Assembly (NCBI GenBank): GCA_050084985.1
Contig: JBITNC010000001.1
Span: forward strand, 193,254,001 to 193,318,000
Length of the DNA stretch: 64,000 bases
Origin: Nageia nagi
Lineage: Eukaryota; Plantae; Pinophyta
Direction of reading: 5' to 3'
In this document: piece by piece, positions 41,661-55,500 of the stretch
How positions within the stretch are numbered: the first letter of the stretch is position 1
How the letters are laid out: each line of letters opens with the position of its first letter
Notes under the pieces: model-generated
The model's database searches: none
What the model was told of the DNA's origin: nothing
The model's input: the letters and a program-made list of their open reading frames with translations, nothing else
Position numbers and translations under genes: made by a program

Positions 41661-44600
41661 TATTAACATTTTCATTTTTAATAAATATTATTTTGTACAA
41701 AGTCCTAAGGCTTTAATGACTCACCCACAAAAGGCCCTTTGTACAAAATGTGTATTTCTTTTGCTATTAACATATTATTTTGTATAAATATTATTTTCAT
41801 TTGCTATTAACATAATATGTTTTTCATATTGCTTTGCTCTAACCCACTATATTGAAGAGAAGAAGTCACTATTGGTGATAGTAGATAGTGGGTGATAGAA
41901 AGGCATGCCCTAGTCCTCAATAGTAAAAAAGAATACAAGGAAGAATCAACAGTTTATCTTACCCACTTTTTTGAAAATGTTGATGTTAGCATGGGTTCTA
42001 TGATTGGTGGGTGATCTCAAAGATCAAATCATAATGTTGTGGATGGTAGTAATGAATAGGTAAAGATCTCAATTTTTCTATTAGAGCTATGACTACCAAT
42101 CATATTTTAGCATGGGCCTAATCAATAGTAGGTAGTCCAACCCAATTCACCATATGACCTACCAAGAGAAGCACTATCAAATAAGTGAACACATAGGTAT
42201 ACCTAGACTGGGGTGTTTGACCCTTGAGGCTTTGATAAAGTATCAATATCAACATATCTCCATGTGAAAAAATCATTTCATCAATCAAAATACTTAGCCC
42301 AATGTATACAGGTACTAGCTTCTCTTCGAAGCACCCAAACATTTTGATGGCTAATACCATCCATTGTATACCCCACCTCTTAATTCTAATAACTATGAAT
42401 TCTAAATAACCTAGAGGTACAATAAATAATATCAAAATCAACTTAGTTTATGGAGACTAATCTAGAACCTGAAGTTATGTTTACCCACTAGCTTAATAGG
42501 ATTAAATGCCTAGATATTTTAACCCAAAGAAATTGTAACCCCAAGTATAGGGATATCTTCCACCTGCTACACAATTGGTTCCTTAAAGGTTGAGATAATC
42601 ATAGAAAATATTTCATGAAAGCATGTTTCATGACATATGATCACTCAAGGCTTACAAAACCTCAAGAATGAATTACGAGAACCAATAAAAAAGACATAAA
42701 TGTTGAAGTATACAATCATTACATATCCTTACAACAACCAGAAATGCAAGAGCCATTACTAACCACATTTAATGCACAAGAATGGTCTTTATGTCATGCT
42801 AATGTCTTCTTTTACAGCTAACAGCTATATCATTAACAAGCATGGCCTCAATGTAAAATTATAGTAGCATTTATATCCTTGGAATCGATTAAGTAGTAGT
42901 AATATAGCCTAAGGATTTACTCTCTAAAAGTAGTTGCAAATCTTAATGCATTCCATAGAGGTAGATTATTGTCAACTCCAGTATTGGTTTTCCAAGAAGT
43001 TGGTTCCCCTCTTATAAATTGAAGTATAATAATATTGTAATGATCCTTCTTTGAGCATTTTATCTTTAACTCTTTGTAACATAATTAATTAGTTTTAATT
43101 AATGAGTTTTAATTCAATTTTGTTGCCCTTCATTTAAGTTATGGTTGTTGGTGTTTTAATTTTGGTGTTCTTGAACATGGAGGTATGCGGGTTTGTGCAA
43201 TGTGGGATTGAACTTGAGTGAAAGGCCATTACATATGATTATTTTTAGGTTGTGAAATCTTACACATGTCACTCTTTGGACCAAGTTCTTCTTAGTGGTT
43301 ATGGGTAGAGTATTGAATTATTTTCCCTTCCTTATGTTTTGGTTGTTGGTATTTATCCCTTTCTCCCACTATGGGTATTCACATTAATATGAGGCATTTA
43401 AGCCTATTTTCCCTCACTATATTTTCATTTCCTTATTCCTAATAGTTCAACAATTGTGAGGGCTTACATTCATAGGTCTCAAGATCATTTCTCTTTTAGC
43501 ATTATCCCATCTATTTATTGCACCTTATACATTTTATTTTTTGTTATTTCCGTCTCTTTTATACACTTTCAACCTTTATACCCAAGCCTCCCCATGGTGA
43601 GTAGGGTGAGAGTCAGCTTGTATTCGGAGTTGGTGAATTTTTTCTCCATCCAATACTTGGCCAATGTAATTCCTCCCTTTTGCAAGGTTACATTCTATTG
43701 GTTAAATTTTTTTGACTTGTATAGTAGGACATGTCCATTGTACTTTAGAGGTGATTAAGTTATTGAGAAGCTAACATGAAGATACATGGCAAACATCTTC
43801 ATATATGAAGAGTGGGAGCATATTGCAACTATTCTTGTTGCTTGTTTCTTAGAAGTTGAAAATCGAATATTAGAAGAGAATAGATCCCCATGCTCATTCA
43901 AGGAGCATATGATGAATTCCTACTTGTATATTGGTTAGAATCAACTATAAATATAGTAAAATATTAGACTATGTCACATCATTTATATAGCATTTTTCTA
44001 CGACACAATGAAGGTAATATATTGTATCTTTGAAGCTATAAATGTTTGTAGATTAGAAATTGTAAATAAATATGATAAAGGATATAAATGTGGCCTCTCT
44101 AATCTATATGTTATAGGGAGATGCCATCATTTTGAAAATTATAATTACTATGAGTCATTTCAGATATGGTTATGTGATATTCCACATGTAAGCAATAGGG
44201 TTGTACATAGCTGAATAGATAAGTTTATGTAAGATTAAGTGTACTTGTGTCAGTCAGAGGTCTTGTCAAAGGTTCATTACATCAAAATAACTTTGGGTTG
44301 AGTCTCTACATGTCAAATCTATTCAGAGGATATATAACCAAATCTATAGTCTATTGCACATTAGGAAAATTAACTTGTATTAGATATTTAATACAAAGTA
44401 TAATTATGCCTATAAAAGAAAATGTCCTAATGGAAATGAGAAAACTAAAATGAAGAGGAGATGGAGAGATAAGATATTGGTGTCGTAGGAAGTTTGAATA
44501 GGGGCATTCCTTGGTCTAACAACCATATAGATAGGGGTATTCTACTACCCTCACTATCTTATTATAAATAAGTGTTAATCCAACATCTATCACCACACCT

Positions 44601-47234
44601 GACCCCATCTCCTTCCACCAGCATGATCCTTCTACCAATCTTCCTCTCCCTCCCTTCATCTATTTACTATAGACCATCCATAGTGTTTCCTTTACCCATC
44701 CTTGATCCCCCATTGCTCCATTTTATTCCTTTCCTTCTCAAGGGGGTCAAGTTTCTTCTAAAATTGATCATTTCCATCATTCCTTATTCCCAATACCCCT
44801 ACCCCCATTGGTTGAAACAAACCAAGGATCCTCTCTTCAAATATCATGAGATACTAAGGTGGAGCTTACTGTAGAGATTTCAAGTTGCCATCCAACTACA
44901 ATATTGATAAGTAAAATGAGACTCCTAAAATTGAAAATCTCTTCATGTATATATTTGCATGTCTATTCTAGTTCTCCTTCTCTTAGATGTTGTGATTCTT
45001 GTATTGAAGCAAGCCATCCTTCAGAGTTGAGATCATCAAGAAACATTATTTTCAAACTAATTTCATAAATAATGTATCTATTACCAGGTAAAAATGTGCT
45101 TCAAATTTTTGGATTACACTTTATCTTACTCCATTCCATTAACCATTACCAAGCTCTAGTAACCAAACGCTCTAGTGCCATATTTCTCACTCCAAAATGG
45201 TTGAAGTGGCCTTTTTTATAGAAATAATATTGTTAACATTTTCATTTTTTGTAAATATTATTTTATGCAAATTTCCATTTTGAATGAGAGGCTCTAACAG
45301 CTCAAATGCTAAAGGCCCAGGTGCTAAGAGTAACATAATACTTGTGTTTTTCAAAGTGCTTCATTCTAACTTGCTATATTAAAGAGAAGAAGTTACTATA
45401 GGTGATAGTAGGAAATAAGTGATAATAATATGGGCCCTAGTCCTCAATAATTAAAAAAAAACATAAGGAAGAATCAATAACTTTTGACCTGCTATTTTGA
45501 AGATGTTGACATCAATGTGAGCTCTATGATCGATGGTTGATCTTAGAGATCAAAATATAATATGGTGGGCAATAGTAATAAAAAAGTAAAGAGCTTAATA
45601 TTTGCATCAAATCTATGACCACCCATAAATTCTCACAAGATGATATCAACATAGGCCTCATCAATAATGGGTAATCTAACTTGATTCACCATATGACTTG
45701 CCAAGAGAAGTAATGTCGAATGAGTGAACACCTGGGTCTACCTAGAATGAGGTGTTTGACCCTTAGGTCTTTTCCAAAGTGTTGATATCAATATATCTCA
45801 ATGTGGAAAAATCATTTCACCAACCAACATACTTAGTTCAATGTATACACATATTAGCTACTCTTTGAAGCACCCAAATATTTCAACAACTAATACCTTC
45901 TATTGTACACCCCACCTCTTAATTCCAACAAATATGCATTCTAAATCACCCAAAAAGGTAATAAGTAATATTAGAAGTGGCTCAATTTATAGATACTAAT
46001 CCAAAACCTAAAGCTATGTATACCCATTATTATGATAAGATTGAATGACCATATATTTTAACCTAAAGAAGTTATAACCCTAAGCAAAGGGATATCTTCC
46101 ACCCATGAGACACTTGGTTCCCTAAAGGTTAAGATAATCACATAAAATATTTCATGGAAGCATGTTTCATCACATATGATCACTAAAGGCTTCCAGAACC
46201 TTAATAATGAATTATAAGGACCATTCAAAATAAGACATAAATGTTGCAATATAAAATCATTACATGTCCTTTCAACAATAAAAAACACAAGAGCCATTAC
46301 GAATCATATATAATATATAAGCATGGTCTCCATGTCATAATAGTGTATTCTTTTACAATTAGTGACTATATCATTAAGAGGCATGATCTCAATGTAAAAT
46401 TAGATTAGCATTTATTTCCTTAGTACTGATTAATTAGTAGTAATATAGCCTAGGGATTTACTCTTTGCAAGTAGCTGAAAATATTAATGCATTTTGTAAA
46501 GGTGGATTGTTGTCAACTTTAGCATTGAATTTCTAAGAAGTTGGTTCTCCTCTTATAAATCAGAGCACACCAATATTGTAATGGTCCTTCCTTGAGCATT
46601 TTATCTTACACTCTTTTTAATGAATTAGTTAGTTTTAATTCAACTATGTTGCCCTTCATTTATGATATGATTTTTAGTATTTTAAGTTTGATGTTCTTGA
46701 CCATGGAGGTCTATGGGTTTGTGCAATATGGGATTGATCTTGAGCGAAAGGCCATTGTAGATGGTTATGTTTGGGTTATGATATCTTGTGTGTGTTTCCC
46801 TTTGGATCAAGTTCTTCTTGGTGGCTATGGGTATAGTATTGAATCATTTTCCCTTCCCTGTGTTGTGGCTGTTGGATGTGCTCCCTTTATCCTACTATAG
46901 GTATTCATGTAAATATGAGGCATCTAAGCTTATTTTCCCTCACCACATTTTCATTTTCTTATTCCCAATAATTTAGTGGTTATGAGTGCTTACATTAATA
47001 AGTCTCAAGGTCATTTACCTTTAAGCATTTTCATTTCACTTTCGTATACCTTATACCTTTTATTTCTTATTATTTCCCTCTTTTTTATGCACTTTCAACC
47101 TTCAAACCAAAGCCTCCTTATTGTGAGCAGGGAAAGAGCCAACTTGTATGTAAAGGTTTGGGAATTCATTCTCCATCCAATGATTAGCCAACATAATGCC
47201 TCCTTGGTGCAAGGTTGCATTTTGTAGGTTAACA
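41661..47234 (+). repeat. Two ~2.0-kb homologous LTR-like direct repeats (41661-43706 and 45231-47234)
   Basis: Collinear throughout. The second copy has TGTTAAC...GTTAACA termini and the first has decayed equivalents. No TSD identified. Confidence 0.85.
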
Positions 47235-49207
47235 AAAGTGATTTTTGATGAAGTGGATATATATGGACAACTAGAAAGCTAAGTTGGAAAGGCCATATAT
47301 ATAGATGATAATAGTGTTAGTATATGATAACCCATTAGTGTACCTACTTCATTAAATTGACCAAGCAACCCCAAAGAAACTTCCTCAAGTGATTCTTTAC
47401 CAAGTCTCATAAATAATCTAATAGATACTAAAAAAGATAAGAAAAATCTTGAAACTTATTCACCAAATCAAATGGTTGATAAAACATTTGAAAGAAGGCT
47501 CATAAAATATCAAGTGCATGAAGTAGACCAAATGGTTGCAATGTTTAATAAGTTGCAATTATATGGAGAAGTTGAAAAAAACCCAAAGGTGAGATGATCA
47601 ATTATGATTTAATATCTCAAGTCAAAATTGAGAATTCTTATTTTGAAGATGTTTGTTGTAATGATGTGTGGGTGAAAATTATTTAAGAAGAAATTAGTTC
47701 CACTAAAAGAATTGATAAATGGGATCTTATTACACTTCCCAAGGGAAAGAATATGGTGGGATCTAAGTGCATGTACAAGACTAAATACAATAAGAATGAC
47801 AATACTAAAAGTTATAAAGCTAGACTTGTAGCTAATGGATTTACTCAAAGGTGTGTAATTGATTTCGAAGAGAGTTTTACACTATTAACATGGGAATATA
47901 AAATTATAATGGTATCATAAAAACCCAAAGAAAATAGAATGTGAATAAGTTGGATGTTAAAAATGCCTTCTTGAATGGGTACTTAGAAGAATAGGTTTAT
48001 ATGTAATAGCCTTAAGATTTTGAGGTTAAAGAAAAAAAGATTACCTAGACTAGTTGAATAAGGCTTTGCATGGCCTTAAGAAAGCACTAAGGGCATGGTA
48101 TGCTCGTATAAATGCACATGTTTAGAAATATGGATTCAAAAGAACCAAGAGTGAACCTATCCTTTACTTCACGAGAAAAGGTAATGGTCTTCATCTTTAT
48201 ATATTTATATGTAGATGATCTCATATGTACCAATTGTAGTTGAAATATATATGGAAAAGGTAATGATGGATGAATTTAAAATGAAATATTTGGGGTTGGT
48301 TCATTACTTTGTTGGAATGGAGGTTCATCAAATTGAAGATGAAATATATATTCATCAAATTGAAGATGAAATATATATTCATCAAATAAAGTATGCCAAT
48401 TATATATTGAAGAACTATAACATAGCCAAATGCAAATTTGTTCTCCCTCCTACTACTTACAATGAGATATTATGCAAGGATGATAGAGCTAAGAATATTT
48501 GTGTGATGAGCTACATAAGCATTATGGGAGTTTGATGTTTCTCATTGTACTAGACCTGATATTACCTATGTTGTTTCTCTTATTTTAAGGTATATGAATG
48601 GACCATTTGAAATTCATTTAAAGGCTACTAAGATAATCTTGAGGTATGCAAAAGGTATTATTTATTTTGGTATTCACTATTATTTAGATAAGAAGATGGG
48701 CCTTATTGGTTATAATGATTTCGATTAGGGTGTAGTTTGGATGATTAAAAATACATATTTGGTAATTATTTTACTCTTTTTTTATGATTGGTCATTTAAA
48801 GTTCAAATAAGTAAGAATTAATTGCCCTTTCTTCTACAAAAGTTGAGTACATTACAACTTCAACTAGTCCATAAGCTTTATGGTTCATAAAGATATTACA
48901 ATAAATTAATGAGAAATAATGCCATTATATTACCATTATTTATGATAACACGCATGCAATTCAATTGGCAAAAAAACTTGTTCATCATGGCAAGTTCAAA
49001 CATTTTGATATGCAAGTCAACCTCAAACCACTAAAGAGATTGAAATATCATTTTATGAAGGACATGGTTTAAAAATAAGAAATTGAGATGAAGTATCATA
49101 GTACTTAAGATTAACTTGCTGATGTATTTACAAAAGATGTTATAAATGTATAGTTCTTGAAACTTAGAGACAATATTATAAGTTCTCTTACAATCAAGGG
49201 GGAGAAT
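47235..49207 (+). mobile_element. Ty1/Copia reverse transcriptase-RNase H relic ending in a PPT, about 0.6 kb upstream of PAC
   Basis: VIFDE at ~47238, LPKGKNMVGSK..YKTK, YKARLVA.GFTQ, LDVKNAFLNGYLEE, YVDDL at ~48208, MKYLGLVHYFVGMEV, KHFD..KYHF and LADVFTK. PPT aagggggagaa at ~49196-49206. Confidence 0.93.
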
Positions 49208-49796
49208 ATTGGAATTACAATGCTAATGAAAAAGGAAGAAGATGAATTCGAGGTCCCCTCTTACCTTTGTTCTATCTTACATAAATGTCAACATAATTCT
49301 TCATTTCAAAATTATGGTTATTTCTATTAAGAATAAGATGAAATAGGATTTTATTAAAAAAAATTATTTTATATAATCAAATGAAATTAAAATTCTTAAA
49401 ACTAACTACAACTTTATTTATAATTGTTTGATGATCAATATTATATATTCTTTTTGTTACGATATTTTGATGTCAACTAGATAATAAATGTAATTGAAAG
49501 AAAGATCAAGAATCATTCCTAAAATCTATAATAAAATAATATTAACTAGTAGTAATATACTTTATTAGTTTTATACGTAAAGCATTTTTTCTTTTAATAT
49601 GTAACAATGAATAGAAAGCTACTATTGATACTTTATTCTATGTTAAAAACCTTAATGCTCATGTATTAAATTCTTTGAAATTTACTATTTCGTAAAGGTA
49701 TAAGTAAATGGTATTATTTTTGAAAGACAAAATGTCTAGAAGTATCATATATTTTTCTATTTGTGATCCATAACTAGTGTTTGATGTTACGAGGCC

Positions 49797-50036
49797 ATGG
49801 ATTCTGCTGCTACTTGCAGGATGATCAGAACATTCGTCTCTTCTCTTGGTGATGGAGGAAGGAAATCATGCCTGCTTACTAATAGTAACACAAAAATAGG
49901 CTTGTCTGAGATGCGTTGCTCAGGTGTATGCAGAGGTAGATGGCCATTCGCATTATTGTCCAGGGGAATCAGTAAAATGTGCAGAAGCACCGCTCAGTAT
50001 AATGAGCAAGACTACGCTTCAAACTACTACGATGAT
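49797..50036 (+). CDS. PAC: PALE CRESS homologue, exon 1 (80 codons, putative chloroplast transit peptide, ends ...NYYDD)
   Basis: ATG in gccATGg context; Ser/Arg-rich, mostly basic N-terminus. Ends YYDD followed by a GT donor at 50037 (phase 0). Joined to exon 2 it gives YYDD|EWQ..., matching Arabidopsis PAC (PEYYDDEWQARQREKTKEL, recalled from memory). Confidence 0.85.
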
Positions 50037-50664
50037 GTACGTACTTTTCTGACCTTGTTGTTAACAACACTAAATATATCTTCAAACCGAACACGCTTAA
50101 GCCGTCATTACCTTCAATCTCTTCGAAGCAAACAAGTTATTGAATTGAGTATTTTCTCTTCTGGGATTGTTGTATGTTCGAGCATTGTTCGATTTATGTA
50201 ATGGTAACTTCTTGGTGTTTGTTGTGCTGGTTTTGGAGAATAAGGAAGACTGGTAAATTCGGTATGGCTGATGAACTAATGTCTTAATTAGACTTGGCAT
50301 GACCACGCAGGTGTTTCTCTCTTACTTGAGGTTTTCAAGAACACCTTGATGCTGATTGCTTTTGTGAGTTTCAAAAGCATGGAATAATCTTAATAAAGCT
50401 AGCTAGCTCATGTTTTCGCTGCCTCCAAGAATGTCTTTTTCAAGTTTTTTTTTTCTTACAATGAGGAGCATGCGTAGATCGCAATTGTGAAAACCTGTCT
50501 AGAATTTTAGTGGCTAGGCTGCCATTTCGTCGAGAGTAGGCTACTTATTTCCATCTTCGCAAGGGTTAATCACCGCGTTTAGTCATTTGAGTCATATGGG
50601 GCTAATGGTTTCAAACATCTCTATTTTATAATTTTGAAGAAGCACTTGTTTGGCGTAACTATTC

Positions 50665-51643
50665 TGAAATGTCCCAAACTAGGGTAAAACTGAAATACTC
50701 AAAATAATCGTAATTCCAAATAACTCATGCATCCCAAATTTCAGCTTCTTTCAATTTCGGCCCTAGTTATCAATCCCAAATCCAAAACACTTTCAATTCT
50801 ACAGAATTATCTCTCAAATATTTTAGATGTGAAATTATTACTTAAAGAAATGCAAATGGACACCAAACATACCACATCCAACTCAAATGACAACCTTATT
50901 TCAGAAAATGTCTTCAAAACATCATGAATATGGCCATAGGGACGTCTGGGTCTAGAAGAGAAATGATGCTTCAAAAGATGAAAATCCTCCTCCAAGGATA
51001 GACGTCTCACTTCTGGGTTTCAGACCCTCAGATCTGATGCAAAAAGTATCAATGAAGCTCAAATGTGAACCTTGAATGGATTCACTGATGGAGAATTCAA
51101 CGGCTTTCGTTCTCAAGCCCTCAAAGGTGAGAGGGTTTTCGTTCTCAAGACCTCTCTTGCAGGTTTTTGTCCACAAGAGGAATTGGGCAAGGGCTGATCC
51201 AACCATTTACTCTAAAAGGGAAATCAAATTCAATCCAAGCTTACTTTCTAAATGGTGCACTCCTCCTCTAAATAGTTGGACATTCCATTTTGGGAGCCTT
51301 AACTCCTCCTTGGAATCACACAAATTCGATGCCCTATCTAGAGGCTTCCAATCTTGCCTTGGGATCACAAATTACATAATTGGGATCTCATATTACATTA
51401 TAATAGTGGGCGTCCCACATAGAGACTCCTAATTCCCTTGGAATTATAAATTTGAGATCACCAAGTACATTATTACATAAAAATACAAATAAAGTCCTTT
51501 TATTATATAAAAATATCAAAAATCACTCGTAACTGCTAAAATCACTCCTAATGACTCCTAGAAGAGGGGTGTGCCACTCCATGAGGCCCAAAAAAATCAT
51601 TACAATGCACAAATAGGTGAGACACCAAAAATGGGACATTACA
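50665..51643. mobile_element. Solo LTR (979 bp) in PAC intron 1
   Basis: TGAAATGTCCCA...TGGGACATTACA (11/12 inverted termini); perfect 5-bp TSD TATTC at 50660-64 and 51644-48. Confidence 0.92.
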
Positions 51644-53099
51644 TATTCTAACTGGCTCAAATGTTTAAGGCTCCACTTCGAAATCTGCTGATTAAGTATA
51701 TCTTGAGCAGATTCAAACTTTAAAAAAAATCATTTGTTGCAAATGGACAGTTCCCAAGAGCTCACTCAAGTTGAGCTTTCAACATCATCCGTTAGGCTTG
51801 AATACTATCATTCATATTTCTCTCGTTATTTGAAGGCACTGAACCATGGGCAGTTCAGCATTTAGTCATGAGGGTTATCTATATTTGGTAACTTTGTTCC
51901 TCAAAGATGTTTGCCTACTAGATGTCATCACTGTTGGTGCTTTGAGACAAGTTTCATCTTTAAGTCAATTAGTATTTCTATTTATCAGCTTCAATCTTTC
52001 ATGTACTCTTCGGTGCCCCTATCTGCCTTTTCTGGATATTCATACTTGGTACTTTGTTCACCAGAGAGGAATGTCTTTTTGTGTCCTACTGGGTCTTGTT
52101 ATTGCTTGTGCTTGGATCCTACTTTGCTAGCGACTGCCCTCCTCCTCTCAAAGAAGGTGGTCAGTTAAGCTGATAGCAAGGATATTTAGCAACATCATAT
52201 TCATGTCATTTGGACCTCCCTTTCACACAGCTTCTTTGCCCTAGAGACCTATGCAATTCACTCTTTAAGGTTGTAAGCGGCATTATTATTTAGCCAAATT
52301 ATCTACAACATTGCTGGTCACCTGCCATGAAGAACTTTTCTTGGCCTACTAAGGGTTTGTTGTCTGCAGCTTTCTGTTCATATGATGAAGAACACCCTTA
52401 CTCTACTTTGCATATTATATATGTTAGCAGGTGAGGCATATAGAAAACTAAACTAAAATCTAAAAAGCATCTTTTGAATTGAAAATCATTTTGTAAATCT
52501 TACAAAACCAATATTAATGTTCTCTCAGCAAGCAGCATAACATATAATGAAATGTCACAATAAATTTCCAATGAAAGCTTCAGAAACTACAGCGACTGAA
52601 TTATCCGTGAATAGCAACACTTACTACACTTGATTCTTGAGTTCCTTAGCAATTAACTACTAAAACCAAATGTCTTTGTTAATACATAACCAGTTTGCAA
52701 AACTTCCCAACTCATAAACAGTTAACTAACAAACTTGTAAACTTTCCTAGCAATTTGAAGTGAAATGCTCATCATGAGGTTGATTCTCATATTCAATTGG
52801 TACGATTTTGCAGCAAGAAACACTGCACAGTTTCTAAACTTCCAATTTCTGTGCTATGCTGGCCTTGGGTTGGTGTCAATTGCTTGGAAGCTACTGGTGC
52901 AGACCTTCAAAGAGACATCAAGTATTCTGATGAAAAGATCAACCTTACATAGAAAAGAATGATTGTTAATAATAAAATAGTTACACAGTATATCACTGCT
53001 TTCAAATATGGGAAAGAAGATATGTTCAAACACAAAATGGCATTATCCCAAAATAGCACTTCTCTTTGTATTTCATAGGTTTTTTCAAGGGGCAACCCC

Positions 53100-55500
53100 C
53101 TAATACAAGTAAATTTAAAACAAAATAGATGCCAACTTATGGCTTGTTGTCTTGGTATTTTATAAAAGAAATATTTCTTGTATATATCCTATATTCTTGT
53201 ATACAATACATGTGACATGTGTTCAATCATATATTCCTTTATAAATTTACATTAAATGGGTATGTAACATGCCATCTCTCCTTAAACAATCTTTGTCCAC
53301 AAAGCTTGAAGTTTGGAAACTACCGATGGAAATCCTAGAGAGACTCTCATGTGGCATCTTTTAATAGCAGCCCTTCCCATTAGACCAATACTTTAGTAAT
53401 CAGGCGATAGCAAAGTTGTCAGATGTTTGCTGGTTTGATCATTAGAAAGCCTTCATTGTCCAATTTTGGAAGGGTTGTTTGTGTGTGGATAGTATTATCA
53501 ACTACATTTTTGCGGCAAGATGCATGGAAAACTAGGTGAATGTTAGAAGTGAGCGGCAATTCCAACTCATAAGCTACCTTGAAAATTTGAGTGATGTGGT
53601 AAGGTCCATAGAATCTTGGGGCAAGTTTATGGTGAAAGAGGTTTGTTTGTAGGGCTGGAGCTATAGGAAAACCATATCTTCTACTTCAAATTGTTGCTCA
53701 GATTTGTATTGGTCAGCTTGTTGCTTCATGCGATTTTGGGCCATGACCACATTATCCTTCAATGTTTGGAGAATGTTGGTGTGAGTGGTGAACTTGCATC
53801 TACTACCTTTACCTTGGAATTGGTAGATAGGTTGGACATTATGGATGGGTTGTTGGTCATACAACACTTTAAATGGTGTCATTATGAAGGAAGAGTTGTA
53901 GGAGGTGTTGTACCATCATTAGGCCAAAGAAAACCATCAAATCTAGTGGGAGTGTTGATTCACAACAAAGCACTTTAGATATGTCTCCAAACATTTGTTA
54001 TACGCTTTAGTTTGGCCATTTGTCATTGGGTGATAGGTTGAACTAAGGCGGGTTGACTTCTAGCATTGGATCCTCATTCGTGCTTGGATTTGTTGCCTTT
54101 GTGCCTACCCCCTTTACTAATGGTGAACCTATTGCTTATGATAAATGAAGGTATGCAGGGTCGTATGTTAGGATTCCAACTTGCACATTCACCGGTGATG
54201 CCAACATGGGATCGGGATCTTGCATTAGTCCCTTCCAATGGAGGAAAGCCCATCCAATGGGGGTGAAAACGCTTTCAAGAAAAGTGATAGCTTGTTGCCG
54301 GAATAGCTTTTGCTAGAATTTGTTGGTGAACATGGGATCATGATTATTAACAATTGATTGGGGTATTTGTGAAATCGAAATATGTGATCTAGGAATGTTT
54401 GTGTGGCAAAGGTTGTTGTGTAGGGATGTCCTAATGCACAAAAATAGGCATACTTGTTGAATCGATCCACCACCATGAAGATCATCGATTTACCTCCACA
54501 AGTGGGGATTCCTTTGATGAAGTCCATTGTAATGTCAAATCAGGATGTGGTTGGAATTGAAAGAGGTTGGAGAAGCCTTGGTGACTTGATGATTGTTTTT
54601 CTCCGCTTAGGGTTGACAAGTGTCATAAGAATCAATAAAATCCTTGGTGTCTTGTTTCATTCCTTCCAAAAAGAATTCTTGTTTTGCCTGTAATGTCCTC
54701 TAAATGGGAGTTGAGTCTAGCTCATGAAGTAATTTGGCCCATTATTTTAGAGTGTTAACCAAAGAGGAAGGATTTTCTGCTATTGGCCATACTATTCATT
54801 ATTCTCAAATACACGAGGGTGATCTTGTGGGGTGTTGTTCTTGGTGCACTGCAAAAACTAGAAGGCTAACAATTTTCCTAAATGGGTTTTGTGATATATA
54901 CAAGGTACATGGAAGCTCAAAGTTGTATATGGATTTTGTTTGAGGCTTGGGTAATGGTGTGTTAGCCAAAAGTGATAGATACTTCATGAATTTTTCAAAA
55001 CCTTGGTGTAGGGTTTCCAACCTATGACTTAGATAGAGGAAAGGAAATAACAATATAGAAAAACAATAAAGGAATGATTTTGCTACTCCATTCCAATCTG
55101 TGATAGATGCCTCATGCTAAGGATCTATAGAATGCCAAATTTTTCCTCTGAGTGATAAAATGAGCAATCTTGTCAACACATCCTCATGAGAGATGTTGTG
55201 AATGGAGGCAAGAGTTGTAACATCTTGAAAATGCTCATATGCTATCTTGTTTAAATTCATGTCGTCAAAGAGGGGTAATGCTTTGAACACTACTCCAAGA
55301 ATATTATTAGGATTAACAATACTCAGGGATCCAATGTGATTTCAATCTTGGTGTATCCTTGTGGTGGTGATGGGCCATACTTGAAGTTATAATTTGAATA
55401 GGCGGTGGAATTAGAAATGAGACGGATTGAAGAATGGATTGAGCTTTGATGGCTTTGACCATTTAGATATGGGAGATGAAGTATTTCTTGGATCAGCTTG
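53100..55500 (-). mobile_element. Chromovirus-type Ty3/Gypsy relic (integrase, GPY, chromodomain, PPT, short 3' LTR) in intron 1
   Basis: MDFIKGIPTCGGKSMIFMVVDRFNKYAYF (54225-54527), TPFKVLY...AQNRMKQQAD...FEVEDMVFL, KLAPRFYGPY at ~53602-53630, and VLV*WEG...DAT*E at ~53345-53395. Purine tract then TGTTACATA from 53269 on the minus strand. Confidence 0.88.

Noticed and set aside
42118-47227. Hydrophobic ORFs in the 2-kb repeats as membrane-protein genes
   Set aside because: Frames are not preserved between the two copies and T-rich composition explains the hydrophobicity.
49797-50201. 134-aa ORF as a complete single-exon gene
   Set aside because: PAC similarity ends at YYDD with a GT donor at 50037; the rest is intron read-through.
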